Assembly: GCA_963796965.1 (NCBI GenBank)
Contig: CAWCNS010000011.1
Coordinates: forward strand, 480,001-544,000
Source: Calditrichia bacterium
GTDB taxonomy: Bacteria > Calditrichota > Calditrichia > JAJRVZ01
Length of the DNA stretch: 64,000 bases
Direction of reading: 5' to 3'
The notes under the pieces were generated by a model. It made no database searches. It saw only the letters and a list, made by a program, of their open reading frames with translations, and had not been told where the DNA came from. Positions 21,894-32,662 of this stretch are shown here, piece by piece (positions within the stretch are counted from its first letter, which is position 1; every line of letters begins with the position of its first letter). The position numbers and the translations under genes were made by a program.

Positions 21894-22895
21894 TCACAAA
21901 GACTTTTTCTTTTTTATTAACAACCAGATAAAAAAGGGCCCACCCAGCATCGCCGTAATAATTCCTACAGGCAATTCTGCCGGAGAAATGACTGTCCGGG
22001 CAAAGGTATCACACCAGATCAGAAAAGTTCCCCCGAATAACGGAGCAGTGATTAATAGTTTACGGTGGTCGGCACCCGTGAGCAAACGCAACAGATGGGG
22101 AATGATCAGACCGATAAATCCGATTGGTCCGGCAAAAGCCACTACCAGGCCCGTTAATGCTGATCCTATAAAAAATATCGATCGTTGCAAATGCAGAACA
22201 TCTACGCCTTTGCTGAGTGCCAGTTCATCGCCAGAACTTAAAATATTCAGAGCCGGGGCTTGTCTATAAAAATAGATCGCAGCTAAAACAACAAATGGCG
22301 CTAATACCAATGAATAATACCAACCTACAATCTGCAGACCACCCATCAACCAACGGATCATGCGATAGGTTTCAGTAAAATCAGCCAGATAATGGACAAA
22401 AAGGATGAGTGAAGAGAATAACAGACTTACTGTTACGCCGGTTAGTATCAGAATAAGAGGGGAAAGCCCTGCCCCGCTCCGGGCAATATGATATATGATG
22501 TAGATGGTCAGCAAACTGCCGCTTATGGAGAAGATAGCTGTTGTGGTGAACCCAAATAACGAAAATACCAATCCGCTTTTAATGGCAATAACGGCACCTA
22601 AGGCCCCACCTGATGAAACCCCTAAAGTATAAGGAGTCGCCAATTCATTTTGCAATAATGCCTGAAAAACAACACCAATCATGGCCAGGGAAAATCCAAC
22701 CAGAAAAGCAAATACAACACGTGGTAGACGTAATTCCATCAGAATTTTTTGACCGGTCTCTGAAAGATAGAACTGTCCTGGTTCGGAAAAACCACTTCCG
22801 ATTAACGGTGCGATCAAAAACGTTAGAACTACGAAAGCGAGAATTCCAATTCCGGCCATTCCGGATAATTTTATGTTTGGGCGTTGTTTATCCAT
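21894..22895 (-). CDS. FecCD/BtuC-family ABC permease
   Basis: LRLPR, QNELATPYTLGVSSG, GPIGFIGLIIPH, ELPVGIITAMLGGPFF. Confidence 0.93.
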   Translation of the reverse strand: MDKQRPNIKLSGMAGIGILAFVVLTFLIAPLIGSGFSEPGQFYLSETGQKILMELRLPRVVFAFLVGFSLAMIGVVFQALLQNELATPYTLGVSSGGALGAVIAIKSGLVFSLFGFTTTAIFSISGSLLTIYIIYHIARSGAGLSPLILILTGVTVSLLFSSLILFVHYLADFTETYRMIRWLMGGLQIVGWYYSLVLAPFVVLAAIYFYRQAPALNILSSGDELALSKGVDVLHLQRSIFFIGSALTGLVVAFAGPIGFIGLIIPHLLRLLTGADHRKLLITAPLFGGTFLIWCDTFARTVISPAELPVGIITAMLGGPFFIWLLIKKKKSL

Positions 22896-23658
22896 AAGGC
22901 AGAATATACAGAGTTTTGGTAAATGGATTAATATCGATATATACTTTTACACCAAAGGTATCCTGTAACAGCTGGAACTGCAATACTTCTTCCGGCTTGC
23001 CATCACGAATTATTTTACCTTCACCCATGAGTACCACCCGGTCACAGAACTGTGCCGCAAGATTGATGTCATGGGTGACTACAAATATAGTTAGATCCTG
23101 TTCTTGTTTTAGTTTTTGCAGGATTTGATAGATGGCAATCTGATGATGTAAGTCCAGGGCACTCGTAGGTTCATCCAGAAGTATAATTTTTGGGTTCTGG
23201 GCTAAAGCACTTGCGATGAGGACGCGTTGTTTCTCACCGCCGCTCAATTCATTAAAGTGTCGGTCAGCAAACTGATCAATTTCCATAAGAATCATCATCT
23301 CCTGGACGACGTTAAAATCCTCGGCAGTATAAGCCCGGACTCCTTTTTGGTAGGGAAAGCGTCCCATTAAGACCACATCACGAACCGTAAAGGAGAAGGC
23401 AAAATTACTTTCTTGCGGTAAATAAGCAATGGTGCGGGCCAATTCCTTGCGGGTAATCTCTGTTAAGGATCTTCCATCGATCATAAGACTACCATGATCT
23501 GTATAAAGGATCCTGTCAATAAGTTTTATTAGAGTTGATTTCCCAGCACCATTTGGCCCAATAATGGCAATGAACTCCCCGGCAATCGCAGACAAATTAA
23601 TATCTCGTAAAACGGGGGTGTTTCCATAACTGAAGTTTATATCTTGTAATTCAAGCAT
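22888..23658 (-). CDS. Iron/cobalamin ABC transporter ATPase
   Basis: GPNGAGKS, LSGGEKQR, LLDEPT, VTHD; start at MLELQ. Confidence 0.93.
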   Translation of the reverse strand: MLELQDINFSYGNTPVLRDINLSAIAGEFIAIIGPNGAGKSTLIKLIDRILYTDHGSLMIDGRSLTEITRKELARTIAYLPQESNFAFSFTVRDVVLMGRFPYQKGVRAYTAEDFNVVQEMMILMEIDQFADRHFNELSGGEKQRVLIASALAQNPKIILLDEPTSALDLHHQIAIYQILQKLKQEQDLTIFVVTHDINLAAQFCDRVVLMGEGKIIRDGKPEEVLQFQLLQDTFGVKVYIDINPFTKTLYILPYG

Positions 23659-23697
23659 CGGTCTATATTTCTCTTCACGCAGCATTGCAGAAAATTG

Positions 23698-23861
23698 GTC
23701 CACAAATTACACGGATTATCACGAATTTTAAGTTTAATTTTATATTTCACCTACACGATATCTCTCGAATATCAGCCTGAAACTTCAGGTTTCCAAATAT
23801 CATCATCCCGTATCATGCATCTCGTATCTCGTATCACGCATCTACATCCTAATCTCAAAAT
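23698..23861. repeat. 9/10-nt left arm followed by heptamer (CxxxxAT) array
   Basis: gtc cacaaatta cacggattat cacgaattt; then cccgtat catgcat ctcgtat ctcgtat cacgcat. Confidence 0.7.
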
Positions 23862-23916
23862 CCAACTTCTCTCGATAATACCGCTCGTCCTCCAGACGAC
23901 TGATCGGGACTAATCA

Positions 23917-24768
23917 CTAATTACTAATTGGATTCTTCCGAACCCTTTCTATGATATTTTCAAAATCCTCTGCCAGTTGCGTCATCCGTGGACCGGGGAT
24001 CATGGTATGATTACCCCCTACTACATATACCTGTCTATTTTTTATCACCTGATTATTTTTGAGCAATTGCCATTCTGCTCCTAATTCGACCCGTTGGATG
24101 CTGCGTTCTTTCTGCATATCAAATTCTATTATAACTGCCGGGTTTCTGATCAGTAAAGATTCAAGATTAATGGCGCCATAGCGTGTTGGTAAATCCTCAT
24201 AAATATTCTTACCACCAACCATCTCCCAAATTTCATTCATATATGTATCTTTACCGGCGACCATCATATTCTGCAAGCTGCCCTTAGTTCTACCGATGAG
24301 TAACGCCGCCGGCACCTTTTCTTGATTGTCATCTTGAACCTTTAAAGCGGAAAAAGATTTGTTAATATTTTCGATTAGAAGTCGCGCAGATTCCTGCCGG
24401 TTAATCTCACTACCAATTATTTTAATAGATTCCAAAACATCGCTAATTTTTTCATTAGACATCATTGTAATTTTATATCCGAGAGATTCAAGCTGCTGAT
24501 TTAGTTTTTCATGAGAGGGCATTCCAAAGAGATGCGTTGGTTTAAGTCTAACCATCTTTTCAATATTAGGATTGAGTAATCCACCTATTTTTTCCTTCTT
24601 TTGTGCCTCCGGCGGATAATTACAAAAATCAGTAACCGCAATCAATTGATTCTGGGCGCCAAGCGCATAGACAATTTCTGTTATATGCGGTGCCAGTGAG
24701 ATAATCCTAAGATTCTTGAATTCATCAATTTCAGATTTATTCTGGCAACTAGAAATAATCACAATCAA
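23917..24768 (-). CDS. BtuF/HmuT-like helical-backbone metal-chelate binding lipoprotein (start uncertain)
   Basis: ISSC lipobox; RIISLAPHITEIVYALG, FCNYP, PNIEK, IPGPR. Confidence 0.88.
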   Translation of the reverse strand: MIVIISSCQNKSEIDEFKNLRIISLAPHITEIVYALGAQNQLIAVTDFCNYPPEAQKKEKIGGLLNPNIEKMVRLKPTHLFGMPSHEKLNQQLESLGYKITMMSNEKISDVLESIKIIGSEINRQESARLLIENINKSFSALKVQDDNQEKVPAALLIGRTKGSLQNMMVAGKDTYMNEIWEMVGGKNIYEDLPTRYGAINLESLLIRNPAVIIEFDMQKERSIQRVELGAEWQLLKNNQVIKNRQVYVVGGNHTMIPGPRMTQLAEDFENIIERVRKNPISN

Positions 24769-24837
24769 GAAGCATACTGCTATTAAAATGTATATACTAT
24801 TTCTTATGATAATTTTGGTATTTATGATAAAATGTCC

Positions 24838-24978
24838 TTTCTCGCAAAGACACCCAACCGCAGCATTTAATAATAAAAGATAAATAATGATGCTTTGCTT
24901 TATGGGTGGACGAGACTATTTTTGTATTTTGTATTTTTTCTTATTTTTCTCTGCGTCTTTGCGGCTCTGCGAGAGATT
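24838..24978. repeat. Inverted element with 3x8-nt arms
   Basis: tttct cgcaaaga cacccaac cgcagcat ... ctctgcgt ctttgcgg ctctgcga gaga. Confidence 0.75.
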
Positions 24979-25010
24979 TGTTCTCCCCAAATGCTAATAA
25001 TTCTAAAGAT

Positions 25011-25737
25011 TTATCTGCAAAAAACACAAAGATTCTCTGATTTCAGAGGTTCATAGGGATCAAGATGCAAATTGCCAAATCCCTGAAGATCACTAAAACC
25101 CACTTCCTCCAACAAACCATAAAGTTCATCATGTTGCAGTGGGTATAATTCCGTCGTTATTGTTTTATCCTGATCCGGTTTTTCGATTTTTACATTAAAT
25201 TTAATTGTACGTTCATTGTACTCGTATGTTCGGGTAAAAATTGTATCCCCAACCTGTTTTACTGACAGTTTTTCTCTTTTTTCAACAAGAAATTTTGTAT
25301 AATTAATGATCTGAATACAAAGATAGCCCTGATCATTCAGGGTGTTTTTAAAATTCAAAAGAGCCTGAACCAGTTCCTCTTTGCTGAGTAAATGTACAAA
25401 ACTATTACCCAGACAATAAATCAGCATCAAAACTTGCTGTCGGGATATTGTGCATATTCAGGAAATCTGATTTTATAAAAACCGGATCGATTTTATATTT
25501 TTTTGCATTGGAGGCCGCCAGATGGAGCATTTCATCAGAAATATCTATTCCTGTTACTTCTAATCCCAGTTTTGCAAACAAAACAGTATGAAATCCTGAA
25601 CCACAACCAGCATCCAAAATCCTTTTGGCCGGAAATTTTTTGAGAATAGCGTGAAATACTTTTTTCTCGGTATCTAACCGGTCCTCAAAGCTGATCATTT
25701 GATCATAATAGGGAGCGAGATCCTGGTAAAATTCCAT
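25011..25737 (-). CDS. Class I SAM-dependent methyltransferase, one +1 frameshift (~25420)
   Basis: ILDAGCGSG, GIDIS; second frame CLGNSFVHL. Confidence 0.85.
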
Positions 25738-26829
25738 TTAATCTTCCACATCATATTCGGGGACCTGCCCGCGGTTATGATCATACACAGGACTATTAAT
25801 CTCCTGTATACGGCGCATATATTCCTGATCGCTGATACCGTTCTGCCAATGCCCGGTGATGCGCGCGATTAAAGTACCAAATAAAAAGAACAAAAGTACT
25901 GTCACACCAAAGGCCCATGTAGGGATTGCTCTGGATTTTTTTGATATTTTAAGATCCAAGGTATCTTCTTCCGGGCAGGATGCGATACAAAGGCCACAAG
26001 CCGTGCATTCATCTGAGATTACGCGTAAATGTGTGTGTACTTTTATTGAGTGCGGGCAGGCATCGGTGCAGGCTTCACAATCTGTACAAGTTTCCACCGT
26101 TCGGGTAACCTTAACGGGACTAAACATGCTCAGGAAACCTAATAATGCGCCATAAGGACAGAGATATCTACACCAGAAATTCTTTATGATGAGGGACGCT
26201 GCAATAAGAATCGTCAATGTCCATAACGCAAATGCGTCTATTTTTGTAAAAAAATAAAGCATTTTTATATCAGCGACCTTATTGTACGGACTATAAATGA
26301 ACTGCTTCAATGAGAATAAATCCATCTGCACCAGAACCGCCCATGCAAAAAACAAGAGCAGCAGATACTTGAGGCTACGAAGGGGATAGTCTAGCCAACG
26401 CCATACCCGGAGATTCTTTCTAAATATTTTCTGACCTAATTGCCAGAGGCTCTCAGAGATTAATCCGACCGGACAGATATAGGAGCAAAAACTTTTTTTG
26501 AGAAAAATTCCCAATATTAGGATAAGGAGTAAGATCACCAGCCCGGAAGGATGTACGTCATTGATAACACCTGTCATAATCCAGTATTTAAGACTGATCA
26601 GGGCACTGATGGGTAAAAATCCTTCCACCCCGGGTGGGCGGGTGAAGTGCGTACTCTCTCCTGCTGTCTCAAGATAGCGAACAAATCCATAAAACTCGAA
26701 GCCAATCCAAATGATCACGAAAAAAAATATCATCTGGATATAGAATCGTACTTTTTGTCCATCAGACTTCAATTGATCTATATATAAAAAAACCTTGCTG
26801 CTGCGAAGGTTTTGAATAAATTCATGCAT
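25738..26829 (-). CDS. Membrane polyferredoxin (NapH/YccM-like 4Fe-4S protein)
   Basis: FCSYICPVG, WCRYLCPYG, CTDCEACTDACP, CTACGLCIASCP plus several TM helices. Confidence 0.88.
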   Translation of the reverse strand: MHEFIQNLRSSKVFLYIDQLKSDGQKVRFYIQMIFFFVIIWIGFEFYGFVRYLETAGESTHFTRPPGVEGFLPISALISLKYWIMTGVINDVHPSGLVILLLILILGIFLKKSFCSYICPVGLISESLWQLGQKIFRKNLRVWRWLDYPLRSLKYLLLLFFAWAVLVQMDLFSLKQFIYSPYNKVADIKMLYFFTKIDAFALWTLTILIAASLIIKNFWCRYLCPYGALLGFLSMFSPVKVTRTVETCTDCEACTDACPHSIKVHTHLRVISDECTACGLCIASCPEEDTLDLKISKKSRAIPTWAFGVTVLLFFLFGTLIARITGHWQNGISDQEYMRRIQEINSPVYDHNRGQVPEYDVED

Positions 26830-26897
26830 ATAACCTATCCCTCTCATCATTTTGTTCTGATCATCATTCAGTTAGTATGGATTAAATGATAGGTTTG

Positions 26898-26995
26898 TTA
26901 AACAGAAAGGACACTAAGTAGGCACAAAGTACACAAAGTTTAAATTTGAATAATCTTTGTGGGCTCAGAGTCTACTTTGTGAACTTTGTGTTCAA
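26898..26995. repeat. Inverted element with CACAAAG-periodic arms
   Basis: cactaagtagg cacaaagta cacaaag ... ctttgtg...ctactttgtg aactttgtg ttcaa. Confidence 0.7.
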
Positions 26996-27162
26996 TTTTC
27001 TTTCATTCCTCTCTAAAATGAATTGGTCAAGTTAAGTAAGATTACTTTTTCAGTCAATAAAATGCATTGATTCAAAAATTAAATACATGTTTCTATTTAC
27101 ACTGATTTTTTTTACCTTTTAGATTCATACTGCAGCAGTTTGCTGCAATCAAAAAAAAAGAA

Positions 27163-27405
27163 GTCCACGGATTACACGAATTAACATGAATTAACATGAA
27201 TTTATAAAAATCTATGAATCACTTAAAGAATCGCGTATTCTTTATGCCGCCCGCCTGAGGCGGGTCGGCATCTATAAATTCAATAAAAACAAGAGATCCT
27301 GAACTAAATTTAGGATGACGATTCCGGTCTTTCCCTAATTAGAGCAAACTCAAATATATTCTTTATAAATATTTTTATCCGTGCAAATCAGTGTAATCCG
27401 TGGAT
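27163..27405. repeat. Inverted element with 9/10-nt arms enclosing a double-hairpin REP-like insert
   Basis: gtc cacggatta cacgaattaa catgaattaa catgaatt ... tatccgtgc aaatcagtg taatccgtg gat; inner hairpins at 27244-27271 and 27296-27316. Confidence 0.8.
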
Positions 27406-27472
27406 AAAAGTTTTTTTAAAGTTTGCTAAAAGAACAAAGTTTTCGACTACACTAGCATAAAACAATCCAGAT

Positions 27473-30400
27473 ATGTATTCATCTTTAAAAAATTACTTTA
27501 TTTTCTTATTCTTCCTGGTCCTTTATCTTCTGCCAGTACGAAGCTGGTCTGATATCAGAGATTCCAGCCTATCTCCACATTTGTTCCAAAAAACAACTGT
27601 TCCTCGTTTAATTCCTGATATTATGGATGCAAATGGCGTAGCTTTCAGGGATATCAATGGTGATAATCTTCCCGATATCTACGTTACCTGTTTTCGCGGT
27701 GAGAACAGATTGCTACTTAACCAGGGAGCCTTCCGACCCTTTAAAGATGTAACGCAGATGTCCGGATTGAGTGGTATCCTTCGTCCAGAGGGTGTTTATA
27801 ATTTTGAATCTCAAAGTACTATATTCGATATTAAGATTGGCGCAACAATTGTAGATCTGGACAATGACGATGATAGCGACGTACTTATCACCGGCAGGGG
27901 TATATCCACAGCATTATACCTAAATAACAATTTTTTGAATTTTCAAAATATTTCAGATCGGCTGGAGTCTCTACCCTCCCGTAGAAACAAATGCTGGGAT
28001 TAGCGCTGACATTGATAATGATAGATTTCCTGATTTGTTTATCACTGACACCATCCAGGGTTTTCGCTTACTGAAAAATGAGGGTGAGGGTTGGTTTACC
28101 GATATAACTTCAAGGCTCATTCCCTTCAAATCCGGGAAGATCTGAAGGGGCTGCGTTTAGTGATATAGACAGGGATGGTGATCAGGATCTATATATTTGT
28201 CGTCCGGGATTGCCTGATCTACTTTATCAAAATATAGGCTCTGCTCAATTTACCCCGATGTCTCTTCCATTATCTTCCTTGGTGGATACATTACACACGG
28301 TCTCCATCAGTATTGCTGATATTGACAATGATACAGATCCGGACCTGCTTATTATTAATTCTAATGGAAGAAATCGAGTTCTACCTGAATGAAACGGCCG
28401 AAGGTGATTCTGTATGGTCATTTAAAGATGTAAGCCTTCAGGTATTTGGGCAGTATTCGACACATTCCATTAGCAGTATAATAGCAGATCTGAATAATGA
28501 TCGTTATCAGGACATTTATATAAATAATACAGGAAATAACTGGATTTTCCTGAATAGCGGGGACAATTCATTTACTTTTTTTGAGGATACAGAAAATATC
28601 GATGCTGAACAACCTGAGGTTCAGAGTAAAGGTTTAGCTTATGCAGACTTTGATTTGGATGGTGACATCGATTTATTTATTTCAAACCGAAACTTTCCAT
28701 CCCAGCTATTCATGAATACCACCAACGACAATAACTATATAAAGATTAAACTGATTGGTATTCGCTCCAACCGAGATGCTATTGGTGCCCGCGTTGAACT
28801 TTACCAGGAAGAATCTGAGGAGGATGAGCAACTGTTAGTGGGCAGCAGGGAGATCTCCGTAGGTTCAGGGTATTTCTCGCAGAACGATATGGTGCTTCAA
28901 TTTGGTCTTGATACAATTAAAACTGTCCGAGCTCGAATCTTTTTTCCATCGGGAACTGTTATTGAAGAGACAAATCTGAGTGCTGGAATGACTTATACCA
29001 TATACGAAAATGGTATAATTTCACGTTTTTTTATCCAAGCTGGTCACCATATCTATTATTTGATACAGCAATCATCTTTTTGGTATCAGGTTCTTCTAGT
29101 CCTTCTGTTTTTTGCATTAACCGTTTTATTTGTACGGTTAGGTTCTCGTCGCTATAAATGGACCGCCGGTACAGCCAGTGCCTATCTCATTGGCTTTTTT
29201 CTTCTGGCTATCATTGCCCTCACGGCATTGAACAAATTAGGTCTGCTTTATGTTTTTTCAATTATTAATCTGCTGACCATTGTCTTTGTTTCCATATTTA
29301 TAGTTAATTCTGAACGTATTTATCGATTGAGATTTATTCGGGAAAGGTATCAGACAGTACTTATTGATTTAAGTAACCAAATCGTTAACATACATGTCGA
29401 CCAGGAACTCTATGATACTGTTATTGATAACATTATAAAAAACACTGAGTTTGATAAAGCACTTATTGCCCCCCTTAACCGCAATATCCACAAATTTAAT
29501 CAGCCGGTCGGTAAAGGGTTAGATGTATCTGCAGATGAGCTAAATAAAAGGATTGATCTCTCCGAATTTATTAGTGCTCTGGAATCCAATCATCTTATTC
29601 AAAAATATGAGACTAAAGAATTTCAGGAATATTTCAATTTGCTCTCCTCCGTCATTCTTATTTCAATTGAAAGAGACGGCAATCTATATGGTATTCTTTC
29701 TTTAGGAAGCAGTGAGACTTTCTCCCCTCTAACCAAGGAAGATATTGAGTTGTTTATGTCTTTGGGAAACCAAATGGCCATTGCAATAGAGAACAATGAA
29801 TATATTAAACGCTCAACTGAAATGGTCAAAAAATTAACCGAAGCTGAAGTTCGGGAAAAATATTTAAAAGAACTTGAAACCACCAATGCTATTTTGGATT
29901 CAAAGAATCGTGATCTGCAAAAATTGTATGATGAACTTAAAAACACCCAGGCTCAATTGATCCACTCAGAAAAGATGGCCTCCCTCGGTCAATTGGTTGC
30001 TGGCATCTCTCATGAATTAAATAATCCAATTGGCTTTATTTATGCCAATATTAAACAGCTTAAAACCTATACCGATAAGATAGAGAACTTTACTAAAAAA
30101 TTGAACAATCCTGATAAAAAATTATCAGATCTTGCAAAACATGATGATCCAATCACTTCTCTAATGCCGGATTTAAAAAATCTTATTGATGACACCATCC
30201 ATGGTAGTCAAATGGTTAAGAATTTGGTTGACAATCTTCGTAGATTTTCTCATCTTGATCAGGCACAATGGAAAAGGATCAACATCCATGAGGGTCTTGA
30301 GAGCAGCCTTATGATTCTTAATCCTGAGATCAAACATCGTATAAAAGTCGAAAAGGAATATACAGTAAATACAGAAATTGAATGTAATCCAGGCCAAATA

Positions 30401-30727
30401 AATCAGGTATTTTTAAATTTGCTCTCCAATGCTGCCCAGGCCATTAAAAGTGAAGGTACGATCCATATCAAATCTTGGGAGGATAAAGACAATCTGTTTG
30501 TCTCAATCAAGGACAACGGGAGTGGGATTCCTCCAGATGTTCTAAATAAAATTTTTGATCCTTTTTATACGACAAAAGACGTCGGAAAAGGTACCGGTCT
30601 GGGATTAAGTATATCCTATTCCATTATTAAAAATCATGGTGGAAAAATTGATGTAGATACTATCCCTGGAGAAGGCAGTACTTTCACAGTTGTGCTGCCA
30701 TTTAATCAAACAAAAATGACCAATTAA
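27473..30727 (+). CDS. Sensor histidine kinase with FG-GAP/VCBS beta-propeller + ASPIC/UnbV domain, 3 TM, GAF, HisKA, HATPase; three +1 frameshifts (~27975, ~28140, ~28370)
   Basis: Seven DxD/NxDxxxD blades across four frames; SNRDAIGARV...GSGYFSQN...QFGL...FPSG; EKMASLGQLVAGISHELNNP; GKGTGLGL. Confidence 0.85.
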
Positions 30728-30832
30728 AGTTAATAATTCTTTTCTGGCAGAGAAGTAATATTTGATCGGCTTTAATGCCAAAAGGTTCGTTTGGAGCAAC
30801 GCGATTAAAGAACTGTGTAAAAACAAAAATTT

Positions 30833-30945
30833 TACCACAAATATTCACGGAATAATAGCAAAAAATCAAAATAATTATTATCATTATTATACATTAATTA
30901 ACAAAATAATTGTATTTCCGTGTAAGTCGGTATGATTCCGTGGTT
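30833..30945. repeat. Inverted element with 9/10-nt arms
   Basis: ac cacaaatatt cacggaataa ... tttccgtgt aagtcggtat gattccgtg gtt. Confidence 0.6.
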
Positions 30946-31055
30946 GATTTTTTATTCTCACACAACCTCTTAATCGCGTTATTAAATTTTAATGATATAA
31001 ATTAATTGTTTTTAAAAAACTTTTTTATTTTTAATAATTTCTCAGAGAATCAGTC

Positions 31056-32489
31056 ATGTCAAATGGTAAGCAAAACATCCTTTTAGTAGACGATCAGGTA
31101 GAAATTTTAAATTCCCTGGAACGATTATTAAAAGAAGAATACACTATCTTTAAAGCGGATAATGGCAAGGATGCCCTGAAGTTTTTAGACGAAACAGATT
31201 TTGCCGTTGTCCTGGCTGATCAGAGAATGCCTGAGATGACCGGTGTGGAATTTTTGACAAAATCATTGGCAATCCAACCAGACATCGTCAGAATCCTTGT
31301 CACAGCCTATGCAGACATCCAGGCATCAATTGATGCTGTCAACAAAGGGCAAATATTTTATTATATCTCCAAACCCTGGGAGCCCGACGATCTGAAATTA
31401 ATTGTGCAACGTGCCGTCGATCATTTTGAGTTAAAAAGAAAAAATGAACAACTTGCAAATGAACTCAAACAGGCAAATGAGCAATTAGAGCAGGAAAACA
31501 TTTATCTACGTCAGAACATACGAGAAGAATATAATTTCAGTACAATCATCGGCCATAGCCCACGAATGCTTGATGTTTTTAAACTAACCCAAAAAGTGAT
31601 CGATACACCAACAACCGTCTTGATTCTTGGGGAAACCGGAACGGGAAAAGAATTATTAGCCCGTGCGATACACTTTAATAGCAAGCGAAAGAATCATAAT
31701 TTTATTGCTCAAAATTGTGGCGCTCTACCTGATTCACTTTTGGAAAGCGAGCTTTTTGGTCATATACGGGGTGCTTTTACCGGTGCCGTATCCGACAGAA
31801 AAGGGATATTTGAATTGGCTGACAAAGGTAGTGTTTTTTTGGATGAGATCGCTGACACGTCTCCGGCCTTGCAACTAAGGCTTTTGCGCATTCTACAAGA
31901 GGGGGAGTTAAAACCTGTCGGTGGAACAAAAATGATTATCGTCGATGTTCGGGTTATTGCCGCCACTAATAAAAATATGGAAGAGGAAGTTAAAGCCGGG
32001 CGTTTTCGTGAGGACTTGTATTATCGGTTAAATGTTTTTCCTATCAACCTTCCCCCATTACGCCATCGACGTGATGATATTCCTGATCTGATTGATCATT
32101 TTGTTCGAAAATATTCAAAAAAAATTGGCAAGAAGATAAATGGTATTAAGTCGGACGCACTTAAAATGCTTACAATCGCACCATTTAAGGGAAATATCCG
32201 CGAACTTGAAAATGAGGTAGAAAGAATAATAACATTAGCCGATGATAACTCAGAAATTACGCCGGACCTGCTATCTCCAAGATTTCACTCAATTGATGAC
32301 AATAAAGTAATTATTTCAGAGTCAAACTCGCTTAAAGAAAGAGTGGAAAACCTTGAAAGAACGATGATTTTAAAAACACTTCGAGATACCGGGGGCAATA
32401 TCTTACGCGCAGCAGAAATCCTACATCTAAGTAGGGCCGGCCTACATAAGAAATTAAACCGCTACCAAATCGATCCCAAAAATATGTAA
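31056..32489 (+). CDS. sigma54-dependent response regulator (NtrC/HupR-like)
   Basis: REC (ADQRMP), GETGTGKE, ESELFGHIRGAFTGA, FLDEIAD, GNIRELEN, HTH. Confidence 0.95.
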   Translation: MSNGKQNILLVDDQVEILNSLERLLKEEYTIFKADNGKDALKFLDETDFAVVLADQRMPEMTGVEFLTKSLAIQPDIVRILVTAYADIQASIDAVNKGQIFYYISKPWEPDDLKLIVQRAVDHFELKRKNEQLANELKQANEQLEQENIYLRQNIREEYNFSTIIGHSPRMLDVFKLTQKVIDTPTTVLILGETGTGKELLARAIHFNSKRKNHNFIAQNCGALPDSLLESELFGHIRGAFTGAVSDRKGIFELADKGSVFLDEIADTSPALQLRLLRILQEGELKPVGGTKMIIVDVRVIAATNKNMEEEVKAGRFREDLYYRLNVFPINLPPLRHRRDDIPDLIDHFVRKYSKKIGKKINGIKSDALKMLTIAPFKGNIRELENEVERIITLADDNSEITPDLLSPRFHSIDDNKVIISESNSLKERVENLERTMILKTLRDTGGNILRAAEILHLSRAGLHKKLNRYQIDPKNM

Positions 32490-32523
32490 ACTTCGTAGAC
32501 ATATACTGTATACTTTGTTTACT
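32485..32523. promoter_or_regulatory. Tandem palindromic enhancer-like sites (candidate bEBP UAS)
   Basis: TGTAAAC-ttc-GTAGACA (32485-32501) and TGTATAC-ttt-GTTTACT (32507-32523), 22 bp apart. Confidence 0.6.
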
Positions 32524-32610
32524 TTTTTATCTCTCTTCTCTTTTCTCTCTTCTTTATCACAGTACATCTATATACTTTATTAACAACAGGTTACCGAATT
32601 AAAAAATATT

Positions 32611-32627
32611 CTGGCCCAATAGTTGTA
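32611..32627 (+). promoter_or_regulatory. sigma54 -24/-12 promoter
   Basis: cTGGC-ccaatag-TTGTa (TGGC-N7-TTGY); IHF-like TAACAAcaggTTA at 32581-32593. Confidence 0.65.
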
Positions 32628-32662
32628 ATAGTATATATTGAAGTAAGAGGAGAGGTGAAAAA

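Noticed and set aside
24770..25010. Cobalamin riboswitch upstream of the BtuF-like gene
   Set aside because: No B12-box or conserved core visible; the region is occupied by an 8-nt inverted element, so the transporter substrate remains unassigned
30870..30890. Fur-box-like AATAATTATTATCATTATT
   Set aside because: Lies in the very AT-rich spacer of a repeat element, where a chance match is likely
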